In this document: one piece after another, positions 48,840 through 57,664 of the stretch
How positions within the stretch are numbered: position 1 is the stretch's first letter
Layout of the letters: every line of letters begins with the position of its first letter
Source of the DNA: a virus
IMG/VR virus record: IMGVR_UViG_3300008113_000016
Span: 1-64,000 of that record
Direction: 5' to 3' (one strand)
DNA length: 64,000 nt
Made by a program: the position numbers and the translations under genes
Notes under the pieces: model-generated
Seen by the model: only the letters and a program-made list of their open reading frames with translations
The model's database searches: none
Told to the model about the DNA's origin: nothing

Positions 48840-49156
48840 TGAAGGTTTGTGCTAACTGTCAGAAAAGTTTTATGTTTAAGACTCATAATCAAAAATATTG
48901 TTCAAATGAGTGCTGTCGTCTTGCAACCAATAAAAGAATAATGGAAAAGTATTATGACAAAAGGGCTAGACTAAAAGGTAAAGAAAGGCTATGTTTGTCT
49001 TGTGACGCTGCACTAAGCAGATATAACAGTGAAGATATTTGTGCTTCCTGTTATGCATCTATGGTAAAAAACAAAGTTGTTATAGCAAGGGGGTTGGTAA
49101 AAAATGTCGCTAATGCAAGCAAAAAGGGCAGACGCAAAAAGAATCCTGGGGATTGA
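48839..49156 (+). CDS. Cys-rich Zn-finger protein
   Basis: CANC..F......QKYCS.EC, CLSC...C.SC. Confidence 0.7.
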   Translation: MKVCANCQKSFMFKTHNQKYCSNECCRLATNKRIMEKYYDKRARLKGKERLCLSCDAALSRYNSEDICASCYASMVKNKVVIARGLVKNVANASKKGRRKKNPGD

Positions 49157-49655
49157 TGCATCCACCAACTCTGTAGCATTTACTTTGTTTGTTGACGGTA
49201 AGCCATCAAGATGGGGTAAGATTGAAATGGACGGAGACATATATGAAAAGGTTAGACAGTCCAGAGTAAGATTTGCTGATGCAATGAAAGAACTTAATCC
49301 AGACTACGTTGTTATTGAGTCTGCTATTTTGGTTAGATCACCAGATGCAAGCATTAAGATAGCAATGGTTGTTGGCTCTATAATTGGAAGCCTAGAAAAA
49401 CACGTTAGGGTTATTACCGTAAAGCCAACAGAGTGGCAAAATTATATAGGAAATAGAAACTGGACAAAGGTACAAAAAGACTCCTTTAAGGTTGAGCATC
49501 CTGGGTACAAAGAATCTTGGTACAGCAATAAGATCAGAGAGAAAAGAAAGCAGTTTACGGTAGACTACTTTAATAAAAAGTATTCTATAGAACTAGATGA
49601 TTTTGATGTTGCCGATTCTTTTGGAGTGGCATACTTTGCAACGGAGAGGCTATGA
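49104..49655 (+). CDS. RuvC-like resolvase
   Basis: ILGIDAS, VVIE, P.EW, D.DVADS.G.A. Confidence 0.82.
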   Translation: MSLMQAKRADAKRILGIDASTNSVAFTLFVDGKPSRWGKIEMDGDIYEKVRQSRVRFADAMKELNPDYVVIESAILVRSPDASIKIAMVVGSIIGSLEKHVRVITVKPTEWQNYIGNRNWTKVQKDSFKVEHPGYKESWYSNKIREKRKQFTVDYFNKKYSIELDDFDVADSFGVAYFATERL

Positions 49656-49813
49656 AGTTATATCAAAGTAAAGAGTGGCTTTACAGAAGGTACGTTGTTC
49701 AAAAGAAGACTGTTACAGAGATAGCAGAAGAGTGCAAGACCTCATATCAAACAGTTTATAGATATCTTGTGTCTTTTAATTTAATTAGAGATCCAAGAAA
49801 GATAAAGAGATAA
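49652..49813 (+). CDS. small HTH protein (not in ORF track, 53 aa)
   Basis: MKLYQSKEWLYRRYVVQKKTVTEIAEECKTSYQTVYRYL...; ATGA overlap with upstream stop. Confidence 0.8.
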   Translation: MKLYQSKEWLYRRYVVQKKTVTEIAEECKTSYQTVYRYLVSFNLIRDPRKIKR

Positions 49814-49855
49814 GTACTGTTTTATGGTAAACTATAATCATAACAATGGAGTAAT

Positions 49856-50383
49856 ATGAGCAAAGATATTGAATTAGCAGAGCGTTGGGAAAAGATCAAT
49901 AAGGTAGTTGAAGAATACCTTAAAGGAAATACTCCTACCCAAATTGCAAAAAGCACTGGCTATACTAGAAACCAAGTACAGGAATACATTTCTGAATGGC
50001 AGCAGGTTATCTGGAGCGATAGACAGATTCAAGAACGTGCTAAGTCTGCAATTATGTCTGCAGATCAACATTTCAATATGTTGATTCAAAGTGCTTGGGA
50101 AACATTAGACCAAGCAGATCAGGTTGGAAATCTTGGTGCAAAGACAACATCAATTAAGATTATTTCTGACATAGAGTCAAAAAGAATTGATATCTTGCAG
50201 AAGGCTGGACTATTAAACAACAATGAGTTGGCTATGCAAATCGCAGAGGCTGAAGAAAGACAAGAAGTTTTGATTAAGATATTACGAGAGGTTTCTTCTA
50301 AGTGTGATAATTGCAAGGTAGAGGTTGCAAAAAGATTGTCACAGGCTAGTGGACAGGCTGAGGTAATAGAGACCAATGGTTGA
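49856..50383 (+). CDS. probable terminase small subunit (HTH + coiled coil)
   Basis: YLKG.TPTQIAK.TG..R HTH; directly upstream of TerL. Confidence 0.6.
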   Translation: MSKDIELAERWEKINKVVEEYLKGNTPTQIAKSTGYTRNQVQEYISEWQQVIWSDRQIQERAKSAIMSADQHFNMLIQSAWETLDQADQVGNLGAKTTSIKIISDIESKRIDILQKAGLLNNNELAMQIAEAEERQEVLIKILREVSSKCDNCKVEVAKRLSQASGQAEVIETNG

Positions 50384-52175
50384 TTTTAATTTTAACGAAC
50401 TCTTTGAAATATTAGATGGAGAAGAGTTTGAAGAAAGACCAGTAACCATTGAAGAGTTTGTTGAGTCACAAAACTATCTTGGCTTGCCACCACTTTCAGA
50501 TAACCAATATAAATGTATTCGTGCCATGTCTCAGATCTATAAGCAAGAAACTTTAGAAAGACTTTATGGAAAAGAAAAAGGGTTTGAACGTTGGAAGCAA
50601 ACATGCAACGAGGTTGTTCTTCAGTTAGGTAAGGGTAGTGGAAAAGATTATATGTCTACCATTGCAGTATCTTATATTGTTTACTTATTGTTATGCTTAA
50701 AGGATCCAGCAAAATATTTTGGCAAGCCTCCAGGAGATTCAATAGACCTAATTAATATTGCTATTAACGCTCAACAGGCTAAGAACGTTTTCTTTAAAGG
50801 TCTTTGTAATAGAATCGATAAGTCACCTTGGTTTGTTGGAAAGTACAATAAAAAGGCTGACAGCATAGACTTTGATAAGAATATATCTTGCTATTCTGGG
50901 CACTCAGAACGTGAGGCTTTTGAGGGTTACAACGTACTCACAGTAATCCTTGACGAGATTTCTGGTTTTGCTATAGACAACACTAGCGGTCATGAGCAGG
51001 CTAAAACTGGTTCAGCAATTTATGATATGTACCGTGCATCAGTTGATTCTCGTTTTCCAGATCACGGAAAGGTTATTCTTCTATCATTCCCTAGATATAA
51101 AAATGACTACATCCAGCAAAGGTACAATGCTGTTGTTGGAGAAAAAAATATTATCATTAAGCAGCATGAGTTTATTTTAAATGAAGAGTTGGATGAATCA
51201 GATCCATCAAACAAGTTTACTGTAGAGTGGGAAGAAGAGGAAATTATATCTTATAAGATACCTAAAGTTTTTGCTTTGAGAAGACCTACTTGGGACGTAA
51301 ACCCACAAAGATCTATTGAAGATTTTAAGATTGCTTTCTATACAAATCCAAACGATGCATTGGCACGTTTTGCCTGTATGCCTGGAGAAGCAGAAGATGC
51401 TTTCTTTAAGTTCAGAGATAAGATTGAAAAGGCTTTTAATGGACCAGATGCTTTTGTAAACAGCCGTGTTGAAGAATGGATGGTTCCAGATCCAACAAAA
51501 CAATACTATATGCATGTTGACTTAGCACAAAAGCACGACCATTGTGCGGTAGCAATGTCTCATGTCTCAAAGTGGGTTAATGTTTCTATGGGTAGTTACT
51601 CAACAGTTCAGCCAATAGTACAAGTTGACTTTGTAAAGTTTTGGACACCAAGACCTGGAGATCCAGTAGAACTAAAAGATGTAAAACAGTTTATCATTGA
51701 TATGCGTGGCTTAGGATTTGATATAAGATTAGTAACCTTTGACCGTTGGAATTCATTTGAAATAATGAATGAGTTGAAAGGGCTTGGAATGAATAGCGAA
51801 ACTCTTTCTGTTGCAAAAAAGCACTATGAAGATATGGCTATGATCATTGCAGAAGAAAGATTATCTGGTCCAGCAATACCCCTTTTGATAGATGAATTAC
51901 TTCAACTAAGAATCGTAAGAGACAAGGTAGACCACCCTAGAAAGGGTTCTAAGGACCTTTCAGACGCTGTTTGTGGTTCAATATACAACGCAATTGCATA
52001 TAGCCCTAAAAGGGTTGGAGAAGTAGAACTAGATATACACACATATAGAGACAGCAAGGTTGACAAACCACCACTAGGTATGGGAGAATATGACAATGTT
52101 ATCAGAGCACCAAAGAGTAGATCGGAGATGCCAGCAGAGATATCTGATTATCTTGCTGGATTAAAACTATTATGA
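50376..52175 (+). CDS. terminase large subunit
   Basis: GKGSGKD Walker A, ILDE Walker B, LLSFPR, MHVDLA nuclease, DHP..GSKDLSDA. Confidence 0.92.
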   Translation: MVDFNFNELFEILDGEEFEERPVTIEEFVESQNYLGLPPLSDNQYKCIRAMSQIYKQETLERLYGKEKGFERWKQTCNEVVLQLGKGSGKDYMSTIAVSYIVYLLLCLKDPAKYFGKPPGDSIDLINIAINAQQAKNVFFKGLCNRIDKSPWFVGKYNKKADSIDFDKNISCYSGHSEREAFEGYNVLTVILDEISGFAIDNTSGHEQAKTGSAIYDMYRASVDSRFPDHGKVILLSFPRYKNDYIQQRYNAVVGEKNIIIKQHEFILNEELDESDPSNKFTVEWEEEEIISYKIPKVFALRRPTWDVNPQRSIEDFKIAFYTNPNDALARFACMPGEAEDAFFKFRDKIEKAFNGPDAFVNSRVEEWMVPDPTKQYYMHVDLAQKHDHCAVAMSHVSKWVNVSMGSYSTVQPIVQVDFVKFWTPRPGDPVELKDVKQFIIDMRGLGFDIRLVTFDRWNSFEIMNELKGLGMNSETLSVAKKHYEDMAMIIAEERLSGPAIPLLIDELLQLRIVRDKVDHPRKGSKDLSDAVCGSIYNAIAYSPKRVGEVELDIHTYRDSKVDKPPLGMGEYDNVIRAPKSRSEMPAEISDYLAGLKLL

Positions 52176-52519
52176 TGAGTGAAGATTTTGATGAGGGCGA
52201 TGCTTTTGTTTCATACCTACTACAGAATGGACATATAGAAGTTCACGGTGTTGATAAGCGTGGAGAAATATATTATAAGTTTACAGAAAAAGGAATAAAA
52301 GAGCAGGCAGAGTTTGTAAAGGATCACCAGTCTGTAATATCTGAAGTTGTTTTTGCTCTTTGGGAAAAAAATTTAATGGATATGCAGATGAACCCAGAAA
52401 CAAACGATTGGATGGGCAAGCCTACAGAACTTGCCTTTACAGATCATGGAATAGAGTTAACGGTTGAAGAAGAAGATGTTTTGGACCAGATTAAGTCACA
52501 CTTTTTAGAAGGAAACTAA
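52172..52519 (+). CDS. acidic hypothetical protein (winged-helix-like)
   Basis: L..G.IEV.GVD..GE..YKFT, LWEK. Confidence 0.6.
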   Translation: MMSEDFDEGDAFVSYLLQNGHIEVHGVDKRGEIYYKFTEKGIKEQAEFVKDHQSVISEVVFALWEKNLMDMQMNPETNDWMGKPTELAFTDHGIELTVEEEDVLDQIKSHFLEGN

Positions 52520-52525
52520 ATGTTT

Positions 52526-52598
52526 GCCTTTATAACTCAGTGGATAGAGTCACTGCCTTCTAAGCAGTTGGTCGCAGGTTCGATTCCTGCTAAGGGCG
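52526..52598 (+). tRNA. tRNA-Arg (anticodon UCU)
   Basis: GCCTTTA/TAAGGGC acceptor, ACTC/GAGT D-arm, ACTGC-CT TCT AA-GCAGT anticodon arm, GCAGG-TTCGATT-CCTGC T-arm; CCA not encoded. Confidence 0.95.
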
Positions 52599-52616
52599 CA
52601 ATGAAAGGAAATTATT

Positions 52617-53645
52617 ATGGAAGATAAGTTATATCAGATTGCTATGGCACAAATAGACCCAAACGGTCTTTGCAATTCAGGCTGTTGGTTTTGTCCAGTA
52701 GCCTATTCACCAAACCCAGAGTTTGCAAAAAAGACAATGAGTCTAGAATTATTGGACAGTATTTGTAAGCAGTTGCACGAAGGAAAAGGAGACTTTGTTA
52801 CTCCAAACTTTGATTTTATTTATACTGCACATTACAATGAGGTGCTTTTGTATAAGCACTTTGAAGAAATGCTTCAGATATTTAGAAAATATAATTTTAA
52901 AACAATGGTTCTTTCAAACGGAATACCTTTAACCAATCAAAAGGTAGATATTATTAAGCAATATCCAGATGTTGTTTATGGCATATGCTTGAATATACCT
53001 TCATCTGAGCCAGAACTTTGGGCACAATATACCAAGTTTAATGTAAAGATGTTTGACAGATTAATGGGTCAAATTCAATATGCTATGGATGAATTGCCAG
53101 AATATGTTACAAGCAATAGGCTAACTATTCAGGTTAATGGTGTTAACGAAAACTCTTTATTCCACAAAGGTGGATGGTTGATCATGAAAGAAGGAGCACC
53201 ATCAATTGATATGAACCCATTGAGTGGAACACTAGCAAATCAAGTAAAGGGTTTTCAAGATAGATTCCCAGGACTTCAGGTTTACGATAACCCTTATCTA
53301 GTTGATAGAGCAGGTACTCTTGCAGATATGGGGATTATATCTAATGGGCTAGGCATTCAAAGAGATGCTAACGCTCTAGAACTACTTGAGATTCCTTCAA
53401 CTAAAAAGGTAATTGGTTGCAAAAATGGAAGAGAAGTTGGTGGTAGAGCAAAGGGTTGGATTCATGTCAATGCAAATGGTCATATGTTCATATGTTGCAA
53501 TGACTATGAAATGCAGACCATTTATGGCAACTTAGAAGAAAAACCATTAAAGGAAATTTGGAATAGCGAAGAGCACTTGAGCATGGTTCAGCAGGCTTAT
53601 GACACATTATGCAGAACTTGTGGTGCTGCAATCTGGAGCGAATGA
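52617..53645 (+). CDS. radical SAM protein with SPASM/twitch domain
   Basis: CNSGCWFC; C-terminal C....G.M.ICCND......GNL....L.EIWNS...CRTC. Confidence 0.9.
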   Translation: MEDKLYQIAMAQIDPNGLCNSGCWFCPVAYSPNPEFAKKTMSLELLDSICKQLHEGKGDFVTPNFDFIYTAHYNEVLLYKHFEEMLQIFRKYNFKTMVLSNGIPLTNQKVDIIKQYPDVVYGICLNIPSSEPELWAQYTKFNVKMFDRLMGQIQYAMDELPEYVTSNRLTIQVNGVNENSLFHKGGWLIMKEGAPSIDMNPLSGTLANQVKGFQDRFPGLQVYDNPYLVDRAGTLADMGIISNGLGIQRDANALELLEIPSTKKVIGCKNGREVGGRAKGWIHVNANGHMFICCNDYEMQTIYGNLEEKPLKEIWNSEEHLSMVQQAYDTLCRTCGAAIWSE

Positions 53646-53659
53646 TATAATTGTATTAA

Positions 53660-53765
53660 GGTTCTGTGGCTATTATCTTAGGATGATATAGTTACAAATC
53701 GGCAAGAGGATATTAGACAGTGTTCTACCTCCCATACGGCAGGTTGACAAGGTTGCCACAGAACC
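53660..53765 (+). ncRNA. candidate structured ncRNA / leader RNA
   Basis: TGATATAAT promoter at 53643-53651; ends GGTTCTGTGGC and GCCACAGAACC pair perfectly (11 bp); internal hairpins. Confidence 0.5.
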
Positions 53766-53792
53766 CCCACTTACTTAAACTAGGAGGATATT

Positions 53793-53981
53793 ATGGATCT
53801 TAAAGAAAAGTCTTATGTACTTAATGCAACAGACCGTTGTGATAGATGCTATGCTCAGGCATATGTTTGGGTAAATGGGATTGCTGGAGAACTTTTGTTT
53901 TGTGGTCACCACTACAAAGAAAATGAAGAAAGCCTAAAGAGTTATGCTATTGAAATTGTAGATGAGAGGGATAAACTGTGA
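53793..53981 (+). CDS. small Zn-binding protein of actinobacterial type
   Basis: DRCDRC.AQAYV...G.LLFCGHH; SD AGGAGG. Confidence 0.8.
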   Translation: MDLKEKSYVLNATDRCDRCYAQAYVWVNGIAGELLFCGHHYKENEESLKSYAIEIVDERDKL

Positions 53982-54232
53982 GAGAAATTTTATACTTTAC
54001 TGCAAGTTGGTGTAACCCTTGTAAGAAGGTTAAGCCAATTGTAGAGGAGTTAAATAGTGAAATGAAAGATAAGATTAAGATTATAGATGTAGACGATAAT
54101 TTTAAAAAAGTTCAAGAGTTTGAAATCAAATCGGTTCCAACCTTTGTTGTTTTGGTTGACGGCAAAGAGGTTGAAAGAAGAACAGGTGCTCAGACAAAAG
54201 ACGAACTAGTGGAATTGTATAGTAGGGTCTGA
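53978..54232 (+). CDS. trxA: thioredoxin
   Basis: FTASWCNPCK, IDVD, I.SVPT. Confidence 0.9.
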   Translation: MREILYFTASWCNPCKKVKPIVEELNSEMKDKIKIIDVDDNFKKVQEFEIKSVPTFVVLVDGKEVERRTGAQTKDELVELYSRV

Positions 54233-54408
54233 TGCCAAGATACGATTATAAATGCAATAAGTGTGGGATTACCATAGAGTTTGAGAGAGGGTTTGGAGAG
54301 GACACAGAGCCTATTTGCTGCAGCGAAGGCATGAGCAGGGTTTGGAGTGCTCCAGCAGCCGTTTTCAAGGGCACTGGCTTTTATTCCACAGATAATGCTA
54401 AAAACTAA
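54232..54408 (+). CDS. FmdB-family Zn-ribbon protein (not in ORF track, 58 aa)
   Basis: MPRYDYKCNKCG...CC...M.RVWS.P...FKGTGFYSTD. Confidence 0.85.
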   Translation: MPRYDYKCNKCGITIEFERGFGEDTEPICCSEGMSRVWSAPAAVFKGTGFYSTDNAKN

Positions 54409-54419
54409 AAACAATACCG

Positions 54420-54428
54420 TGATACAAT
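54420..54428 (+). promoter_or_regulatory. extended -10 promoter (TGATACAAT), leaderless start at 54436
   Basis: TACAAT followed by 7 nt then ATG. Confidence 0.6.
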
Positions 54429-54435
54429 TAGGATC

Positions 54436-54906
54436 ATGGCTGATCTTGGTTTTTCCCCTGGAGAATTAAATTTAAGTTTATATAAAGGTGACACCTTTTC
54501 AGCAAAAGTCATTGCAAAAGATGGCACTGGAAACACTCTAGATTTAACTGGATGGGCTATTAAGGCTTTAATTTATGCAGCAGATGGAGTAACACCTCTT
54601 AATTTTACGGATGGTGCTACTACCATTCCAGCAGAGTTTCAGATTGGATCAAAGAATTTAGGAGCAGGAGAAATCTTCATGTTCCTTCCAGATGGAGCAA
54701 CAAGACAGATTCCAACAGGTTCAAAGTTTGACGTAGAAATATCAAAGTTTTACTCAATAGATGAACTCAATGTAGACAATAATACTTCTACTTTAGAGCA
54801 GGATCAGTGGGTAGTTTTGACAATAATTAAGGGTACAATTACAGTAGTGAATGATATCACATATTCAACTGGTACAATTCCAGTTGGTAGGGGGCAGATA
54901 AACTGA
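54436..54906 (+). CDS. virion structural protein (BppU-N/Ig-like adaptor)
   Basis: L.LYKGDTF......D..G..LDLTG...KA, FDVEI, IKG.ITV. Confidence 0.6.
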   Translation: MADLGFSPGELNLSLYKGDTFSAKVIAKDGTGNTLDLTGWAIKALIYAADGVTPLNFTDGATTIPAEFQIGSKNLGAGEIFMFLPDGATRQIPTGSKFDVEISKFYSIDELNVDNNTSTLEQDQWVVLTIIKGTITVVNDITYSTGTIPVGRGQIN

Positions 54907-56978
54907 TGGCAGACGTAAGCGTATTAAGCGATTTAGCATCCATTGAAGTTAGCGTAGGTAATTTTGGTGGTGCTCAGATTTTGTTTGCTTCTGGAGCACC
55001 TTCTAGTGCTGTAGGTTCTAATGGCGATGTTTACTTTAATAAAACTAACGGTGATGTTTACAAGAAGGCTGCAGGATCTTGGACTCTAGAAACTAATGTT
55101 GGAACTCAAACCGAAATTGATGCTGCTGTTTCAATTATCAATACTGCTCTTGGAGATAAATCAGATAAGGCAACTACAATTACTGCTGGTCTGGGATTAT
55201 CTGGCGGAGGAAGCCTAGCAGCAAATAGAACAATCGATGTTGACTTTACAACAGTTGGCGGAGACAATGGAACAAATGAAGAGGTTGCAAGAGGCAATCA
55301 TATTCATGACGGAAGATATTATACTGAAACTGAATCAGATGCAAGATTTATTAATACAAACAAACTTGGTGTTGCAAACGGAGTAGCAACACTTGATCCA
55401 GATGGAAAGATTCCAGCCGTACAAATTCCAAGCGTTTCTTTGGTTGATGTTTTTACAGTTTCATCTGTAGCAGGATTGACAGCATTGTCAACCGCAAAGC
55501 AGGGTGACATTGGTATTGTTAATTCTTTAGGTCAAGACTATGCATATATTTTATCTACTGCAGATCCAGCAACATTATCTAACTGGATTGCACTTTCTTT
55601 CTTGCCAGGAGAATCAGTAAGTTCTGTTGACGGACAAAGAGGCGCAGTTGATTTATCAGCAATCTATCTAAAATTAACTCCAGGTTCTGCTCAAACAGTT
55701 AGCGGAGTCCTTAATCTAACAGGCAATGTATCTTTTACTAATGCGCCAACAATTGGAACTGGGGCAAATGGTAACAATACAGTATTAAATCAAGGAGAAA
55801 TTGAAGCAAAGATTGCTTTAGCAATTGAAGCATCACGACCAAATAAAACTTTTGATATTATTGGAAGCAACATTAGCAATACAACTGTACAACTTCAGTC
55901 TTTAGCAAATAAGACAAGTGGTGTTTCTACTGGAAATACTCCAAATCAATTTATGGTTTCTCAAACATTAATTCCTTTTAGAACTGGAGATGCTGTTACA
56001 ACTACTGCTGGCTCTGGTGTTACTATTCCTAGCGGATTAAACGCAACAACAACCTACTACGCTAGAGTATTTTCTATCGATCCAAGCGCAGCAACAGTTC
56101 CACCTTCATCAGTAACAAACTATGCTGTTACAGTTCCTTTTGGTACTGGAAGTGGATACTACTTGAATACAGTACAAAGACCAATTCTTTCATTCTTCCG
56201 TGGAAACACATATAACTTTAATCAAAACGATTCATCAAACGCTGGACACCCAGTCGGAATTACATCTATTGTAGATGATGAAGCAGGTCTTTTGACAATA
56301 GCACAGGGAGTAAAGTATTACTTAGATGGTGCTTTAGTTGCAGACTTTGTTGCATATGAAACTGGATTTGCTGCTGCCACAACAAGAAAAGTTGAATTTA
56401 TTCCAAACGGAAATACTCCAGCAACAGTATATTATTTCTGTGGTCACCATACGCTTATGGGCAACCAAATTAATGTTACAACATATAGCACTGGAAACAT
56501 AGATGTAACTACAGCAATTCCTCTATCTAGAGGGCAGGCTTCTTCTACTCTTTACAGCAATGCATATGGAGTTCAACTTTATAATACATATGAAAATGCA
56601 ATAAATGTTGGAAGTTATACTGGTCTTATTACTATAGGAACATTTACAACAAACCTTGTAGCACCAGATTTGCTTTACATTAACACAAACAACAACTTCT
56701 TAGAGTTTGATTTTGATATTACAACAGCAATCCAATCAACAACTTCTGGTCTTCAGTTACCAGGAACATTGCTAGATTTTCCACAGGCTCATGTAACGGT
56801 ATGGGACGGAGTAAGCAAGAGAAAAGTTGAGATTGAAACAATGATAGAGGCTATTGACACAAATGCAGATTCAGTTTTAGATGCTGCAAGATTAAAAGTT
56901 ATTTTTGCAAAAAGACCAAGATTAGGAGAAAACTACAGAGTACTTGTTGGTCAGTACTCTAAGGTAGTTAATACATAG
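54906..56978 (+). CDS. fibre-like virion protein with cupredoxin-like insert
   Basis: GAP...VG.NGD.Y, H.HDGRYYTE.E.DARF, GVATLD.DGK.P..Q.P, VSSVDG..GAV; GHP...YYFCGHHTLMG. Confidence 0.75.
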   Translation: MADVSVLSDLASIEVSVGNFGGAQILFASGAPSSAVGSNGDVYFNKTNGDVYKKAAGSWTLETNVGTQTEIDAAVSIINTALGDKSDKATTITAGLGLSGGGSLAANRTIDVDFTTVGGDNGTNEEVARGNHIHDGRYYTETESDARFINTNKLGVANGVATLDPDGKIPAVQIPSVSLVDVFTVSSVAGLTALSTAKQGDIGIVNSLGQDYAYILSTADPATLSNWIALSFLPGESVSSVDGQRGAVDLSAIYLKLTPGSAQTVSGVLNLTGNVSFTNAPTIGTGANGNNTVLNQGEIEAKIALAIEASRPNKTFDIIGSNISNTTVQLQSLANKTSGVSTGNTPNQFMVSQTLIPFRTGDAVTTTAGSGVTIPSGLNATTTYYARVFSIDPSAATVPPSSVTNYAVTVPFGTGSGYYLNTVQRPILSFFRGNTYNFNQNDSSNAGHPVGITSIVDDEAGLLTIAQGVKYYLDGALVADFVAYETGFAAATTRKVEFIPNGNTPATVYYFCGHHTLMGNQINVTTYSTGNIDVTTAIPLSRGQASSTLYSNAYGVQLYNTYENAINVGSYTGLITIGTFTTNLVAPDLLYINTNNNFLEFDFDITTAIQSTTSGLQLPGTLLDFPQAHVTVWDGVSKRKVEIETMIEAIDTNADSVLDAARLKVIFAKRPRLGENYRVLVGQYSKVVNT

Positions 56979-56986
56979 GGGGAACC

Positions 56987-57649
56987 ATGGCAATTAAATA
57001 TTTATCAGATATAGATTTAGGCAACCTTCAGTTAGTTCGTGCCCGTGTTGAAAACCGATCAAACAATCCTACTGTCCCAACAGGAGAAGAAAACGATTAC
57101 AAGGGTTATGTATACTACAATACTGCAGATAACTCTTTTTACTATTTTAATGGAACTAGTTGGGTTAAACTAACCCAGGTAAACGTTGCAAGCGTTAACA
57201 ACTTAACTGGTGCAATCACTCTGACTACAAACGAAGTTCCAGAGGGAAGCAATAACAAGTATTATGTAAAAGAAACTGCACAAGATGATGTTGCTCAAAT
57301 GTTTACTGCAGCAACACACAGAGGTCTTAGCGTTAACTATAACGATTCAGCCAACACCCTCAGCGTGGACCTGACTCAAAACGTAACACTTACATTCCCT
57401 TATCAAGTTTTTACTGGATCATTAAACCAAACCACCTTTATTATGAACGAAGAAGTTCTAAGCCCAACTCACCTATTGGTGTCAGTTGGCGGAGTCATGC
57501 AAACCCCATTTGACTCCTACACAATCAATGGGTATCAACTAGTCTTCTCTGAAGCACCAGAAGAAGAAGCAAAAATCACAGTACGCTATATGGCTGCCCC
57601 TGTTGTAATCACAGATACGGTACAATTAGTAGACGGTGGAACATTTTAA
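56987..57649 (+). CDS. virion structural protein
   Basis: G.VYYNT....F.YFNG..W, V.SVN..TG.I.L, VSVGGV.Q.P...YTI.G..L.FSEAP. Confidence 0.7.
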   Translation: MAIKYLSDIDLGNLQLVRARVENRSNNPTVPTGEENDYKGYVYYNTADNSFYYFNGTSWVKLTQVNVASVNNLTGAITLTTNEVPEGSNNKYYVKETAQDDVAQMFTAATHRGLSVNYNDSANTLSVDLTQNVTLTFPYQVFTGSLNQTTFIMNEEVLSPTHLLVSVGGVMQTPFDSYTINGYQLVFSEAPEEEAKITVRYMAAPVVITDTVQLVDGGTF

Positions 57650-57664
57650 TGGAGGAATATACTA

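Noticed and set aside
53660-53765. SAM-I riboswitch or tRNA
   Set aside because: only fragmentary TTATC/GGCAA/TGCC similarity without the SAM-I kink-turn core; no T-loop or cloverleaf
54190-54414. 74-aa minus-strand ORF in the track
   Set aside because: antisense to a clear FmdB-like + strand gene at 54232-54408
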